A stretch of 64,000 nucleotides of DNA. Origin: Iphione sp. A-MEVVRFRX5. Taxonomy: Eukaryota. Location of the stretch: NCBI GenBank assembly GCA_976226885.1, contig OZ320323.1:24242001-24306000 (forward strand), read 5' to 3'. Under the pieces are notes generated by a model, which did no database searches, had not been told where the DNA came from, and worked only from the letters and a program-made list of their open reading frames with translations. The first letter of the stretch is position 1. Each line of letters begins with the position of its first letter. Both the position numbers and the translations under genes were made by a program. This document shows positions 13,113-26,755 of the stretch, piece after piece.

Positions 13113-16100
13113 ATGGCGGATGGTTCATCCAAAAGATTTATAGTTCACCCCAGAAGTCAATTTATCGACAAATTCCCGTATTTTCGTGAGCCACGAAAGA
13201 TAGGGGTCTTCTCGACAGATGCAAAACGTCAGTTTCATGACAGTGACAGAAGTCTGCGACATTTCGTGAAGCCAGATACTGACAATTACCTATGTTATGA
13301 CCTGAGTAAAGGTTTCGGGACCGCTATACTAAGGGACGATTCTGTTAATGAGTACCTACACGACTTGTTGAAGTGGATTCTCTTACATAGAAATGCTTTC
13401 CAGATCTCATCAAAAAACAGCCAACAGACGAGCATTAAAAGGCATGTCAGTCATCCACTGAGAAAGACTTATTTGAAGGGTAATCGGGATGAGCGGCCAC
13501 ATGAAAATCGGTTTCCCTGTTATAACAAATGTAGGGTCTTTGACCCTACATTTTATTTTCAGATAGCTGCAGCGATTGTTATTAAATCGGGGGATTTTGT
13601 ATCTAGATTAGTCACAAAGTTCAATACCTGGCGTAGTGACAGTGATTGAACTTTTCTTTAAAGCCAAACAACTGCAACAAATTAATTGAATCTCAACGGT
13701 ATCAGGTCAATCTCAACATGCCATTAAGTGTATGCCAGAACAGTTTGTTTCTGTTTGGGTTATTATTTTGTTGAATGCATTTACATTTGGAGGAAGCGAA
13801 ATCGTGGTGTCAAAATATTAATGGAGCCAAATTAAGTAGAGACTGTATGCATCACTTGACTCTTTAATTCTGCTTGAAGAAGGCTCACGATCGAGACGAA
13901 ACATTCTGGCTCTTGTACTCCAGCAATTAATTATTTAAAGTTCCAAAAGATAGTATTCTTACTGCTTGAGTCTCCTCTTTCCTAGATGTTGACTCTTTAA
14001 AGTTTAATGCCATTCAGTAAGAAGTGTGCAGAAATATTCAGCAGTGAGACAAAGTAGTAACATCTTGTCAATGATAAGAGACAGAAAACTGTGACTACAC
14101 TTTTGCAGCGGTTCTGTTACCAGTACTAATTAGAGGCAGGGGAATACACGTTTGCACTTGGCCATCTGCATCCCAAAATTTAAGACTGATAATATCCTGG
14201 ATTTTACTGCTTCCACAAGTAGAAGTGCGTGGTAAACCATAAATGTCCTCTAGTTTGAAATAGGTATGTAAGAAGTAGATTCAAACTACATGTAGTAGTG
14301 CAGACGGAATGTACATTAGGCAGCTGTTGTTGGAGTTTGAACAGAAAACCTTACAGGTGCTACAGAATTATGGTCTCCCACACTCTTGCACCTCAGTCGG
14401 ACTTAACATTCACATTGACTTTTCTTGACAATTTTGCATTAAATTCTCTTACAACACGTTCTTCTTTACAAGTGTGCTAGTACATGTATTTGTTGCAATA
14501 TTGTGTTTAGGCACTCTTGTTGAAATGTGCTGTTACATTTAGATCGAGGATCTCATCAAATGCCCAGATCAATTACACTCACTAAGTTATATTGATAGAC
14601 CTATTTCAGTTATATTTTTTGTATGACCTCTCTATTGGAAGTTCGCAAATACAATATACTCTTTATGCCCGTGCCTGTGCAGTTTACCCAAACTAATTTG
14701 TCTTCTTCTTACCCCAGCCTGAGTACTGACTTCGTGTGCTGGCGTGGCCTTCTCACGAAGCTCCTGAAGACCCCTTATGAGAACAGAGATGGCTGGAAGA
14801 TAGCTGTGATTCGGCATGGTGACACCCTGTACATGTGTGAATATGCCACCGACCAGAAAATACAGGAGCGGGCCAGACAGACCGAGAGAGAGAAGGAAAT
14901 GTCCTACTGGGGTTACAAGTTCGAGCAGTATGTAACAGCAGGTGGGCTAAAACTGTTTCATATATAAAACTGTATCATATACATATTTGAATATATTCCA
15001 GTATTTTCAGTTACTTTATCGTCCGAAAAAGGATCTTGCCTAGTCAGTCACAAAAAATAACACAGGGTATTACCTTTAGAGCTTAGACAAATTGGTCAAG
15101 GAAAAAGATCCACACCCCTCTTTAAATATTTGATTAAATAGATACACTGTGTATCCCCCCCCCCTTTGATCCACATTTAAAGGAAATTTGTCCAAAAGCT
15201 GTGACTTACTCTATTGTTCAGTCAAATACTTTTACTTACCCATAACACATGGTTCGCCATCTAGATGTAGTTCTCATCATAAATTTCATTTGAACAGTGC
15301 AGTTTTACACATGGAATCTTCTAAAATGCCTTGGGTAAGAACTCCAAGAGGAGTGGGTGACCTTAGGATCACTGCTGTCCAACCTTCTGACCTTCCATGA
15401 CAACCTTATACGTCCTATAACTTCATTTTCGTCAGGTTGAATGAACTGAAAGTCAGACATGATCCTCACCCACATAAACACATGTTGCTAGCTTATTTCT
15501 GTTTCATTGGAAGTGATGTAAAAGTGAAGTTATTGCAATTCAATATATTATGCTCACCACCACACACACACTGTATAGGGTGACACATAGTGTTGGTCAA
15601 CTGTGTGCATTCAGGTATAATTCATTGTGCAAATGTGGTAAGGCCCCCCAACAATAGGTGTCTTTCTGGTAAACCACCCTTACCTAGTAAAACCTCACCC
15701 TACCTAAAAAATTTGTGTCTCCAAAGAGTTTCCAAGGCTGAATTTCCTTAGATATGTGTTTTCATGACACATCTTTTGGGGAAATTTGGTAGAAAAACAA
15801 CAAAATGCATGGGAATTCACAAGAAACTGTAAAACTCATACAGATTGATCAAAATTCTTGATATTGTCTTTATTATTATTGAAAACCAGAGGAAGAAACT
15901 GGGAAAAAATCTATAAAAAAAAATACCCCCCCCTCCCTACCTAGGTTTTTGGCTGGTCGTTACCAGAAACACACCTATTTCTTTTGGGGGGCTAATAAGT
16001 GGTAGAAGTGGGGGACAGTTGACCTTGAAGGTCCACTCTTGCTTGGATATGGAAGACTGCAAACTGTGAGTTAAAGTTGAATTATTCCCGTAGAATACAA

Positions 16101-19100
16101 TCACATATGAAGAGGATTTGTATACTAAATTTTCAGGAAGTGTGGACGGACTATATACTGAATGAATAATATGCCTGTCTACTAACAGATTCGCCATCAG
16201 GGAAGCCTGAAACCAGTGTAGCGGTGAACAACAATGAAGCTTTTGTAATGGTTGTACGGTCTCGTCTCAAGAACCACTCCCTAGGTAAAATTTCTGTTGC
16301 TGTTCTTACGGTATTCTGTTTATGCCTGTGGATGAATGGGATTTGTTTCATGGATTGATTGTGTAAAGGTAAATACAGTACTTCGTATATTTGAGTTTTA
16401 TCAAACACAACATTCCGAATGCAAAACCAACAGCAATGTTTTCATATGTATACTCATGATAGACTAAGTATAAGAAAACCATATTGCGTGAAAGTATTGA
16501 TATAGTGTCAAAAACAGTAGCTTTCCATTGCAAAAGTTTGGTCTGAAACTGTAAATATAGTCACGCCGCTACCACTGCCTGCCTTTGATTTCACTCAGAA
16601 AACACCTCTTGGCATGTCTGCGTGCACAGATTGAAACGCACATGATGACTGTGTACACAAAAAGTTATGTACACCGGCATGATCATACTTTTAAGCAGGG
16701 GAAGGGGGCTTATCATTTCTTCTTGTAGGCTAAGAACACCACTTGGTTTGATAGCCATTTGTGTAAGAGTTATGAGCAATTATGGTTAAACATTTTAGTC
16801 ATATTTGACCTATGTTCAAAATCGTGCAAAGAATACAGGCTGTATATTTCAAGGAATATAGATTTCATAATACTTGGGCTTTGCCATTTCTGACCTCTTT
16901 ATTTTTACACAACTTTTATAATTACGTGTAATGACATGATATTTTGAAACTGGTATAGCTGTATGGCGAAGCATCCTTTGGAAAAGTTTATTATATGCAA
17001 GATAATACCTTCTTATCCCCATGCATATCCCAATATTTCTTTGAATATCATTGTGCACACATACAGATCCCCACAGGATCATCAACTATGCAAATACTTA
17101 CACATTCCAGAACTCCGGTGTAAACATGTTTTTTTGTCTTTTATTTACTTGTCAGTGTACGGAGGAGAAGTTGACTGCTGTGAACAGTCCAAGTCAGGCA
17201 CAAGTTATGTGGAGCTAAAAACAAGTCGTGATTTCTCACATCCCCGACAACGAGAAAATTTCAAAAGGTACATACTCATGTACTTAACTTTTGCTGCTTA
17301 CCTTACCTGAAAAATGCAGAAAATAAAGAATATGTTCGATGTAATTTATAGTAAAAAAAACTCTTCATAAAGCCCCCCCCCCACACACACACATCATTTC
17401 CATCTGTTAAGAGTACATGTATATTCCCCTGCTTGAGGTACTGTACACGCATCAGTGTCCTCAAGTGAAACCTTCACACTCTTCATTCTTTATCCGTCAC
17501 AGTCCACCCTTCACATTTCATACTTCACCCTTCATCCAGACCTCTCGTGAAAGGGGAAAAACTCACAATTTTCACTCTTCACACCCCTTAGTCTTCATCC
17601 TATACACCCTTCACACTTCACCCTTTATATTCTTCATTCTTGTCCTTCATATTCTTCACTCTTTACTTTCACTGTTCACTCTTCGTCGTTTTCATTATTC
17701 AATCTTTACTTTTCAGTCTTCAACCTTCACTCTCTTCACCCTTCATTATTCACTACTCACTCCTTTCGCTCTCCCACCCTTTCCCCTCGCCTTCCCCAGT
17801 TTCCTCCTCCCTCCCGCTCCTTCCCCCCTCTCGCAATACCCCTCTTCCTCTCTCCTCCCCTCCTTCCTTTTATTTACCCCCCACTTCTCACCCTCTCTAT
17901 CTCCCTTCCCCTCTCCCTCTCTCTGTCTCTCTTGCTTTTCACTTTACAAGACCTCCATTTCGTGGCTTTCCGCAGACAGGTACTTACATCTAGTTTGTAC
18001 CTTTGGGCTTATGAAATTGCAGAATTTCCCAAGACAGTTGCCCACAAAACGAAAACATCAGTGTTCTGTACCATACAGCAACCACTTGTTGCCGCACACA
18101 ATAATGCTACCACAGTGATTACATACACAGAAAACATATATTTAATGCGGCAGTGGTATTGAATGTCAAATATGAAATGTGGAAGTGTATTGTACAGTAA
18201 AAACATACTTATGTGGTAAAATAATTATACTTTAGCTTACATAGGTACCATTACTGAATCGGATGTTGAATTAATAATATTGAAGTATAGAAGCAAATTA
18301 AGGATTGACAAACATATGTTCTGATACCTGCGTTCTTGCTCATGTTTTAAAAATATGCAGACTATGGATTTGTTCTGCTTCGTTTCAGAGCTTGAACTCA
18401 TATGACTCAGACTCAGATGACTCAATATGACTCAGATTTTAACATTTCATGAAACTATTCTTACTCTCGATGACCGAGATAACTTACATGAAATTGATAT
18501 ATAATTTTAGATTCAAGCTGATAAGCTGGTGGGCACAGTCTTTCTTGGTCGGTATTCCTAAAGTCGTCTGCGGGTTTCGTGATGACAGTGGAGTTGTCCA
18601 GAGGTTGGAATCCTTGCAAACTATGGAAATTCCCAGGATGATAAAGGTAAGAAGAAATCGTGAAGATGTGACTATTTCCAGATCATCCAAAATATAACCT
18701 ATTTATTTTTGTTTATCTTCAACTGCTTCAGGACATACGGGACCCATGGGATCCAGCACTCTGCTTCAACTTCCTTGAAAAGTTCCTGGACTTTGTCAAA
18801 TCAGTAGTTCAAGATGATGATTACAGGTTTGTGGTATCATATATCAATTTCGAAGTCCTTCTAATTGTAACATCCTTTTATACTCGACATTATATATTTT
18901 GAGCGTTAGTTAAGGCTACATGCAAATTGGGACAAAACAAATTAACTTCTTTCTTCACAATCTGCACTTTTATTGTTTGTGACTGACATCCACTGTGAAC
19001 ATGAAGTTCCAAACACTAGAAGCATTTCATAACCTCGAACAAGAAGATAGTTAATAAGCATACTGATCAGTCTTTTATTAACCCCGATTTTCTTCCTCTC

Positions 19101-19735
19101 AAGTCTGTCTTCCTCGAAACTGAACCAAACTACTAGCATGTAAATAATACATCTCCATGGATATAGGCAGTACGACAACTTCCCACTGGCACACATTTTC
19201 GTGTCACATTGGCTTTGGACAGTCCCATGAAAACAGTTGGAATATGTGTAGACAACGATATAATTTCCACGTACCACCCTACTGGTGTGTACCCTTTAGA
19301 GTATGAAAGGAGCCTGTTTACATAGTCCTTGCGGATTAAGAGCAAAGTTATCTTCAATATACAAAGTTAAATCTGGTTGTTTAGGGGCTCCATGATTTAA
19401 TTGTAGTTGTAAAAATGACTGTGTTATATGCTTTCCTCAGTAAAGGGCTGTTCTCTCTAGGCGCCTTGCTCTGAATTTTTTCTTACGGTCTTTTTAATCT
19501 CTTTGTCAGGACTGCATACGTTTTTTCCTGGGATGTCCACAAGGATGTAGTCGTGGAGCGGTATCCTCCCAACTCAGAATTTTCTTTCCTTCCTGACTGG
19601 TACATCTTGGAGAAGAGTCCCACGTCTAAATCTGAGCTTGTGCTGAATCCTGATGACCAGTCTAAGGGGACACTAACAAGAGCAGCACCAGAGGATCAAC
19701 ATGGTATTCAGCACAAAAGAATGAGGACTTCTTAG
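13113..19735 (+). CDS. DXO: Decapping and exoribonuclease protein DXO/Dom3Z (RAI1 family), about 405 aa
   Basis: Exons 13113-13441 (GC donor), 14718-14941, 16189-16284, 17156-17267, 18511-18646, 18732-18826 and 19510-19735 join in frame (1218 nt). Motifs: DFVCWRGLL, SYWGYKFEQY, VYGGEVDC, YVELKTS, WWAQSFLVGIPKVVCGFRDD. Confidence 0.95.
17470..17950. repeat. Pyrimidine-rich low-complexity tract in a DXO intron
   Basis: A (TTCAC/CTTC)-rich tract that produces a spurious 233-aa ORF. A complementary purine-rich tract lies at about 20020-20270. Confidence 0.75.
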
Positions 19736-21134
19736 TGGAACATGAGAGAAGACCTTTGAGGTCCATATTGTACCCCATCTATACAGCCTATCACCACACT
19801 TGCATAATGAAGTATATGTTTGAGTGGACACAACTGACCAGTACAATGAAGAACTTAGTTGAAAAATGACTGACACCGGATTCCAACAACAATGTGGCTT
19901 TAATGAGTCTTAACCATGTACAACTTCACTGCAAGCTTTCGACCCTCTTACGGGTCTTCCTCAGGCAGTTGTCAATGTACCAGGCAGTTGTCAATGACCA
20001 GTCCAATGTTGCACCACACATAGTGAGTGTGTGTATCTGTGTGTGCGTGCATGAGTGGATGTGTGCGAGAATATGGGTGAGTGTAGAGTTTAGTGAAGAG
20101 TAAAGAGTATAGGGTGCGGTGTAGATTGTAGTGAAGAGGCAATGACTGTAGAGTGAAGAGTGAGTTAATATTATTGCGTATAGTGAAGAGAGAAGGGTGG
20201 AGAAAGTGGAATGAAGAACCGGGGATGAATCTGGAATAGAAGTGAAGTGAGTAGAGTGTGGAGTGAAAGCAGCCTGTGACCTTCTGCTTAGCATCACGGG
20301 TGGAAAAAATAATTAAGGTGTAGCTGAAAAATGTGTAACATTCCAAACAATTGAAAATTGAGTAATTTGTAATGACAAATTTTTTTAACCGTTGAGGATA
20401 TTATATCGACATTTTAAGACAGTAGATTCAGTTGATAAGAAGTCAGTGAGTTTGGATTCAACATACATTTTAGAATGTAATTATTTCATTCAGTACAAGA
20501 GTGCATTTTATCTGAACGTGTTACATTATATGTAATGGTAGGTGCAACTCTTATGGACTCCACCAGGAAATGACAACTTGATTATACAATATAAAACCAA
20601 GTCATAAGTGCCACACACGTATAGGTATTCAGTACTGTAAATAAACAGATCCACAAAAGCAGGTTTCACAAACAGTAATAAATGGTTCCGCCAAATGAAA
20701 ATTGTCTCATCAGTTCATTAGTGTGATCTGGATCTCTCTTGAGCGACTCAAAAACTTGTTCTTTTCCATCGATGGGCCATACTATTGTAGTTTCTCTCTT
20801 TATACTCGACTTTCAAATCAAACCCCTCAGGCATCTGCCTGAATTTAAGGGAGCATGGCTCCTGTTTTTGAGTAGCAGATATCAAACCGTTGAGTGTCTG
20901 CTCTCATCAGAATATCTTATTTATCAAGTGTATATTCTCTTGTGAGTGACTGTAACTGAGAGTCCTCAGTCACCTTGTACTCACAGAGCACATTGAGGAT
21001 GGAGCCTTATTCCTCTCAGGACCTGCTCTTAGTTAAACCCTCGTGTGTCTATTTCTCACCAGAGTATAATACTGGGGTATAGTTCTTCTTGCACAAGGGA
21101 CTCTCAGTTGACACCTCTAGTCTCTGCCTTCTTG

Positions 21135-24119
21135 TCAGAGCATATCATTGATGGACTGTAGTTCTTCTCTCGTGAGTGGATTGAGGTCAAACCCTTTGGC
21201 ATCTTCTTTGTTCTCCAGATTCCTGAGTTTGTTCACTTTAGGTCGCAGCCCCTGTCGAACCCGATTGATCTCACTCTCAAGTTGGTTGAAATCTAAACAA
21301 TAGAAAAATGACGTTTTAAGTGAGGAAAGATCCACGATGAAACAGACACAGACTTGCATAAATGAACTTATACAGTCATCACTCATTACACAATTCGTTC
21401 CCATTCGTGGAAGATATTGTACAACGACAAGTTAAATGTACAAAGTAATGTTTATATTTACTTGTAGTTGCTGTTACTAAATTACTCGATAAAATGAGGT
21501 ATACCATTACCATACATGGCTATAATTGATTCACATTTTTGCTGATGGAAAAAAAACACAAACTATCTTTAGAAATATGAATGAACATGATTTTAATGGA
21601 AATATTGGAAAGTATATTTGGGACTGAATGAAGCAGTTTTATGCCTACAGACCCAGTAACTGATGGTAGGTTTTATACACATGAAAGGAGTATTTAAAAT
21701 CACAACCCATAGTACAGTACACTCCCTGCCTGCGGACATGTCTCAGAAGCGGACGCGTCTACAATGCGGACGATTTGACGCAGAACGAAATGATTTCCTA
21801 TTGTTTCCTATTATAAGCTGACGTCTCAAATGCAGACGTCAAAATTCTGGGGACGCCTCCCTGCGGACGGCGGGTGTCGCACGACAATTGATTTGTCACC
21901 TTGAGTAGCTCAAAGAGTATGCCTGCATCTGATGTTCTCTCACCTCGTTGATTGCAATTGACATGCCAAGCGTTAACAAAGTGAATGCTTCGGTGACTCC
22001 CCAGCTAGTGGCGTGATACCAGGCCGTCCGTTTATTTATAGTCGCCGTCGACCAATAAGACGCTACCAGGGCGCTGGTACCTAGCCTATTTGGTCTGTAC
22101 ATGTATATCATTTGTAGAGAGAGAGGGAGAAAGCGATTTCATTTTCAAGTTTGACCCCCCCCCCCGTACCCCCGACCTCCAATGTTCTCTCATCTCGTTG
22201 ATTGCAATTGACACCCCAAGCATCTATTTAGTCTGTATATCATTTGTAGAGAGAGAGGGAGAAAGCGATTTCATTTTCAAGTTTGACCCCCCCATACCCC
22301 CGATCTCGAATGCGGACACGTCTCAAATGCGGACGGTTTGGGTCAGAACGGAGGGTGTCCGGAATGGAGAGAGTGTACTGTATAATAACTGAATCAGAAT
22401 GAAGTGCACTTCGTTTTAGCCCTTGCTACAGTACATGTATGCCAACTGGAAACACAACCTGTGAAGAGTATATCAAAGGTGATTAAGGAATCAGCTCTAG
22501 TCTCACCATGTGACATGTACATGTACAAAATAAGTTTCATAGCCTTGGGCCTTACAGAGCGGGAGAAGACAGAAACACAATGTGTGAAATGCTTATTTAA
22601 TCTTACTAAACTACATATATATAACGAGTGCAGACCTGTGAGGTCTATTGTCCCCTGCCATCAACTGCCCTGGTGGGAGAGAAAGAGTGAGTGTGTGTGT
22701 GTGTGTGGTGTGTCTCTCTTTTCAACCACCTTCATTAGCATCTTGTTTTGGGGTGGTTGGGTGGGCTTGTTTAAGTTGTTCAGGTTTAGAACTCTCAGTT
22801 CTGCCTGACTGAGCACACAAACCTCAGTTCTGCCTGACTGAGCGCACCACCCTTGGTTCCGCCTGACTGAGCACCAGACTGCTACAATCTGATACTTGTA
22901 GAATTGAGGTACAAGTATTGGTGAGTGCACATGTGCATGTCTGCATTGTCAGACCTAGGAACCCTAAATCAGGTATGTATGTTTGTAGGTGTGTTAGCAA
23001 AAGAGTAAAAACTGGCATAATTTCATCATTAAAATAAGGTTGGGATACTAGCTAGCAGCATTGCTTGTGTTGATGTCTTTGTTCTGGCACTCACCTTTTT
23101 CCAGTAATTTTTTGGTAGCAGGTTTGGGAATCTTGATAAACTGATTACCGAAGCATACCCACTGCTTTTCATCTTTCTTGTTCTTATGTAGTGCCCTGAA
23201 AATATTAATTACCACAGAGCTGCATTTTTATGATCCAAACAGGACATTATTACTGACAATACTTTCTCTGTGCTTTCGTCTAGTAAATCTGCCGGACTTA
23301 TTAAATGCCTTTGGAACATTGAAAATAACAAAAGGGCAGCAGCCTTCCTGTTGTCGAGGTAAAATACATGTAGTTAGTACAACTAATTGTAACAAGGACC
23401 TCAAAATCAAATACCTGGAATTCTTATAGCATAGCTCGCCCGAGGAACAGATAACCATTTTATGTGTACAAATTTGTAAAACAAAAAAGAAAATAACCAA
23501 AAAGCCACAACAATAAACAGTTAGGGTAGACTGGCTCTATTCATTCGAGAGTAATGCCTTGATTGGATGTAGTAGGCAAAGAAAATCTCTGGTGACCCGA
23601 ATTAAGGCATATACCGTATACATGGTACTCAATCTGCATGCCACAAAAATTAACATTAAATACTGCAGTGTATTCCGTGCGCATGTCAGAGCACCAGTCT
23701 TTCCAGATCAACATTAAAGGAACACAGTGAATCAAGTGTAAAAGCCTTTCAAGTGTCAAAGCAATTGCGCTCATACCTCAAATGCACTGCCCCTTGATGG
23801 AAAAGGATATTAGTTCTGTTCAGATACGAGGAGGTTTGTTTGGATACGGGAAATAGTATGAATATGAGCCCAAATGTTCCCAGCAAGATGTGTTTGGATG
23901 TGAGAGGAATTCACATACTGGGGGGTGGGTCGGGGAAGAACACGACGACTGTAGTAAAGTTGGGTGCTGGTAGAACGTGAGTTTTTACCTCTGAGCCTCT
24001 CTCGTCTGCTGCCTCCGTCTGTCGAGGTCAATGAGCTGCTGTCTGTCAGAAAGGATGTCCTCTGCCACCTCTTCTATCTCCACCAGGTGAGTGATGACTC
24101 TCTCATGAGGGACATCCAT
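21135..24119 (-). CDS. PDRG1: p53 and DNA damage-regulated protein 1 (prefoldin-like), about 129 aa
   Basis: Exons 24119-23989, 23195-23095 and 21292-21135 join in phase: MDVPHERVITHLVEIEEVAEDILSDRQQLIDLDRRRQQTREAQR-ALH...QWVCFGNQFIKIPK...GFDLNPLTREELQSINDML*. This matches human PDRG1 as recalled (VEELAEEVLADKRQIVDLD; VCFGNMFIK; GFNLNPL). An acceptor just 5' of the ATG implies an upstream UTR exon. Confidence 0.93.
21715..22380. mobile_element. Tc1/mariner-type MITE (666 bp) in PDRG1 intron 2, with an internal ~130-bp duplication
   Basis: TA|CAGTACACTC...GAGTGTACTG|TA. GCGGAC sub-terminal motifs are repeated, and ~22103-22165 recurs at ~22236-22295. Confidence 0.85.
22794..22880. repeat. 30-bp minisatellite, 3 copies
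   Basis: CTCAGTTCTGCCTGACTGAGC core repeated at ~30-bp spacing. Confidence 0.8.
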
Positions 24120-25311
24120 GGCCTACGTGAGCAAACAGGTCATGTTTATCATTAAACAATATTCATTAATAGCAGACATATTACCTCAATTTCAATTTAA
24201 GCAAAAGTAAAAAATGTTATTTGTAGGCGTTGTGCAGCCGTGATGCCATTTTCATTTCTACTAACCTTCCCGTGGAATGCTTAGGACCAGTTGAGAAATC
24301 TGAAGATGACACAGTCTCTACATATAAAGATGTACTACAATTTTATGACATTGTCAGCTGAGCGAAATTAATTCTTGTCTTCTCAATAGGGCAACAAATC
24401 TTAGATCCACCACGTTAATCCTAGTAGCTAGATACAAATTGAAGGGGGCATACTAAGAATTTAAATAAAATAAATGCTGATTGAACAAATGCACCAGTGT
24501 CGTTTAGGGACCTCACCACCAGCTGTATGTCAGAACTTAATCTATGTTTTCTTCATGTGATAACATCACTGACAGCCATCATAATTATATCGCAACAGAT
24601 GCCTACAAAGGAGACTCAGTTTGGCATTCAAGTACATCAATTGAAGAAGAACTATCGTGCAGTACAAAGCGTTTGAATACCCAACTGTGAAATAACTCAT
24701 TACTGATCTGGTTAAGCGCAATTTAGCTTAAAATTATTTCATACACTACATGGAATGTATCTGAATAAAGGAGGCTGGTAACACCAAGAAATAGTTCGAT
24801 TTTGCTTTAATGATCAAACAGTCCAACAATAAGACAATAATGAGTTTATCAAAAGGTTTTGGGTGTTAGGTGCACCCTTCGTCAGGTGAAGGTGGGATGA
24901 GCTTGAACGTTTAAAAAGGCTACGTTTAAGTTATATACTGATCCGTTGTCAAGCAAGAGACTAATCAGGGGCTTGGAGCATAGATTACAGTCCTGCAGTG
25001 ACGATAAATGTGACTGGATGCAAATGTTTTGAAGTAAAAACGTCTTAAAAAACATCTGTGGTGCTGACTTGATTGTATATATATAGTCCATATTGATATA
25101 TAGGTAACTATAATATACAACATAATATAAAGACAAAAAATCAAGTAATGGAAATCAATTGATGTGTGATATTTAAAAAACAGTCTGTCCGAGGAGCAAG
25201 TATATCACAGTGAAATAAAAGACCCAGATCTGTAATAGAACGCCCTATCTATACGCAACAGAAAACTATGCTATAAAAGTTCAGGGACATAGCAGGGGGT
25301 CATACTGGCCC

Positions 25312-26338
25312 TTAGTAGCGGTACTTGAGGAATAAGAAAATCATTGAATCCCCATAGAAGTCGGTGCTCACAGATCTGACATGAGCCAGTACATGTATAT
25401 CCTGAATCACCTCCTGTGGTAGATGGTAAGGCAGGCTCGTCGGACGGTAAGAGCCCTTATGTACTTGAGTTGCCCCATTGGGAAGTCCAGGCAGGGCCAG
25501 GATCTGTCCTAGCGGATGAGAGGCATCGGGTGTAGAGTCACAGTCAGGAGTAGACACGATATCCATAGGCTCAGAGGTGGCCCTGTCAGGAGGCCCAGAC
25601 GTGTATGCCTGGGATGTATCAGCTGGCAATGGCTTCTTGTCATGTCGATCTTGGATGGTGCAGGCTGGCCTGAAGTGGAGAAACTCGGGTCTCCCGGAGG
25701 AAAGTGTGGCGGTATCACCACTCGGGTCTAGGTTGTTGCTGAGAAACATCCTTTTGTCGGCATTGGCGTTTGGTGTGTCCGCAGGACCGGTGAGACCAAT
25801 GAAATCCTGGCTCACAGATGGGGTTGAATGATACCTCTTCCTTTTCGGCAGGTTGGGGGTTGGTGCAGTCGGTAAGTTATCAAGAACCGTTGAGGCTTGG
25901 ATCAACTGGCATGTGGCGGTAACAATGTATTCATCTAATAGAGGAGTCTGATGGTTGTGGCAAGGTATACATACGTGAGCAGGTGGCCAACAGCTCCTCG
26001 GCAGTGGCCCGGAGCGGTAGCAGATCCTTGTTGAATGGCAGCTCTAGGCACCTCCACCAGTGCTGGATGTTCGCTGAGAGCCCTACATGATGTGCTCTCG
26101 ATTGTGCATATCGCCTAGGGTCTGGCGTGAATACTATTGTTGCGGCACACGGATGATTCGCTTTAACATGTCAGACCAACGCAAACTTGTACGTATAAAT
26201 TTTGTCGCAACTGTTACACAGAAACTGTCCGTCCTTTAACCATTGACAAACCGTTTCCTCTCGAAGGCTGAGATCGTTTGGCCGCTATGTGTTGAGAACT
26301 ACATGGAATGATATGTACGTATAGAGAATAATGTTCAT
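25312..26338 (-). pseudogene. Decayed intronless ORF with a C2H2 zinc finger, of probable TE or viral origin
   Basis: ATG at 26338. In frame, FLCNSCDKIYTYKFALV*HVKANH (26224-26153) is a C2H2 finger interrupted by TGA (probable CGA>TGA). There are further stops and a frameshift into the 197-aa Pro/Thr-rich ORF 25905-25312. Confidence 0.5.
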
Positions 26339-26755
26339 CTCCCCTCTGTTTTTCCAACTTGAGTCGTCAATTCTTATTTAAAACCTCTACAGAGACACTT
26401 ATTCAGTAGCGCTAGTGTTGGAGGAGATGCAAGCACAAGATTTGATAGTTAGAAGATCAGAGGGTTTAGCAGTAGTGTTCAGAAATTATATATAACCTAA
26501 GATGACGGACCGGAAAAGGAAAGGAAGTAAATCCGCTGGACTGTATAAACTGGTAATGAGGATTAAGGCCCGAGATGCAAAACACAAGTACTTTCAATTG
26601 TGAGTTTCAATAGAGATGCACGATGATACAGGCTGATATATATTCTGTAGTAGACGGCTTCGCACGTGAACACAAATTCTTAGATGTTCTCTGGCGAAAA
26701 TGAAAAGTGACTTTTTTTGGGTGCTGAAAGGCCTAGACAAAGAGACAGCAAGATT

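Noticed and set aside
13442-13649. C-terminal part of the 178-aa ORF starting at 13113
   Set aside because: DXO similarity stops at about 13441, and the rest is read-through into intron 1.
15600-16600. Possible non-autonomous DNA transposon fragments in DXO introns, and similarly at about 29380-29700
   Set aside because: Terminal motifs are suggestive, but matching TIRs and TSDs could not be established by eye.
17417-18118. 233-aa F/L/S/P-rich ORF
   Set aside because: It is a pyrimidine-rich low-complexity tract lacking stop codons.
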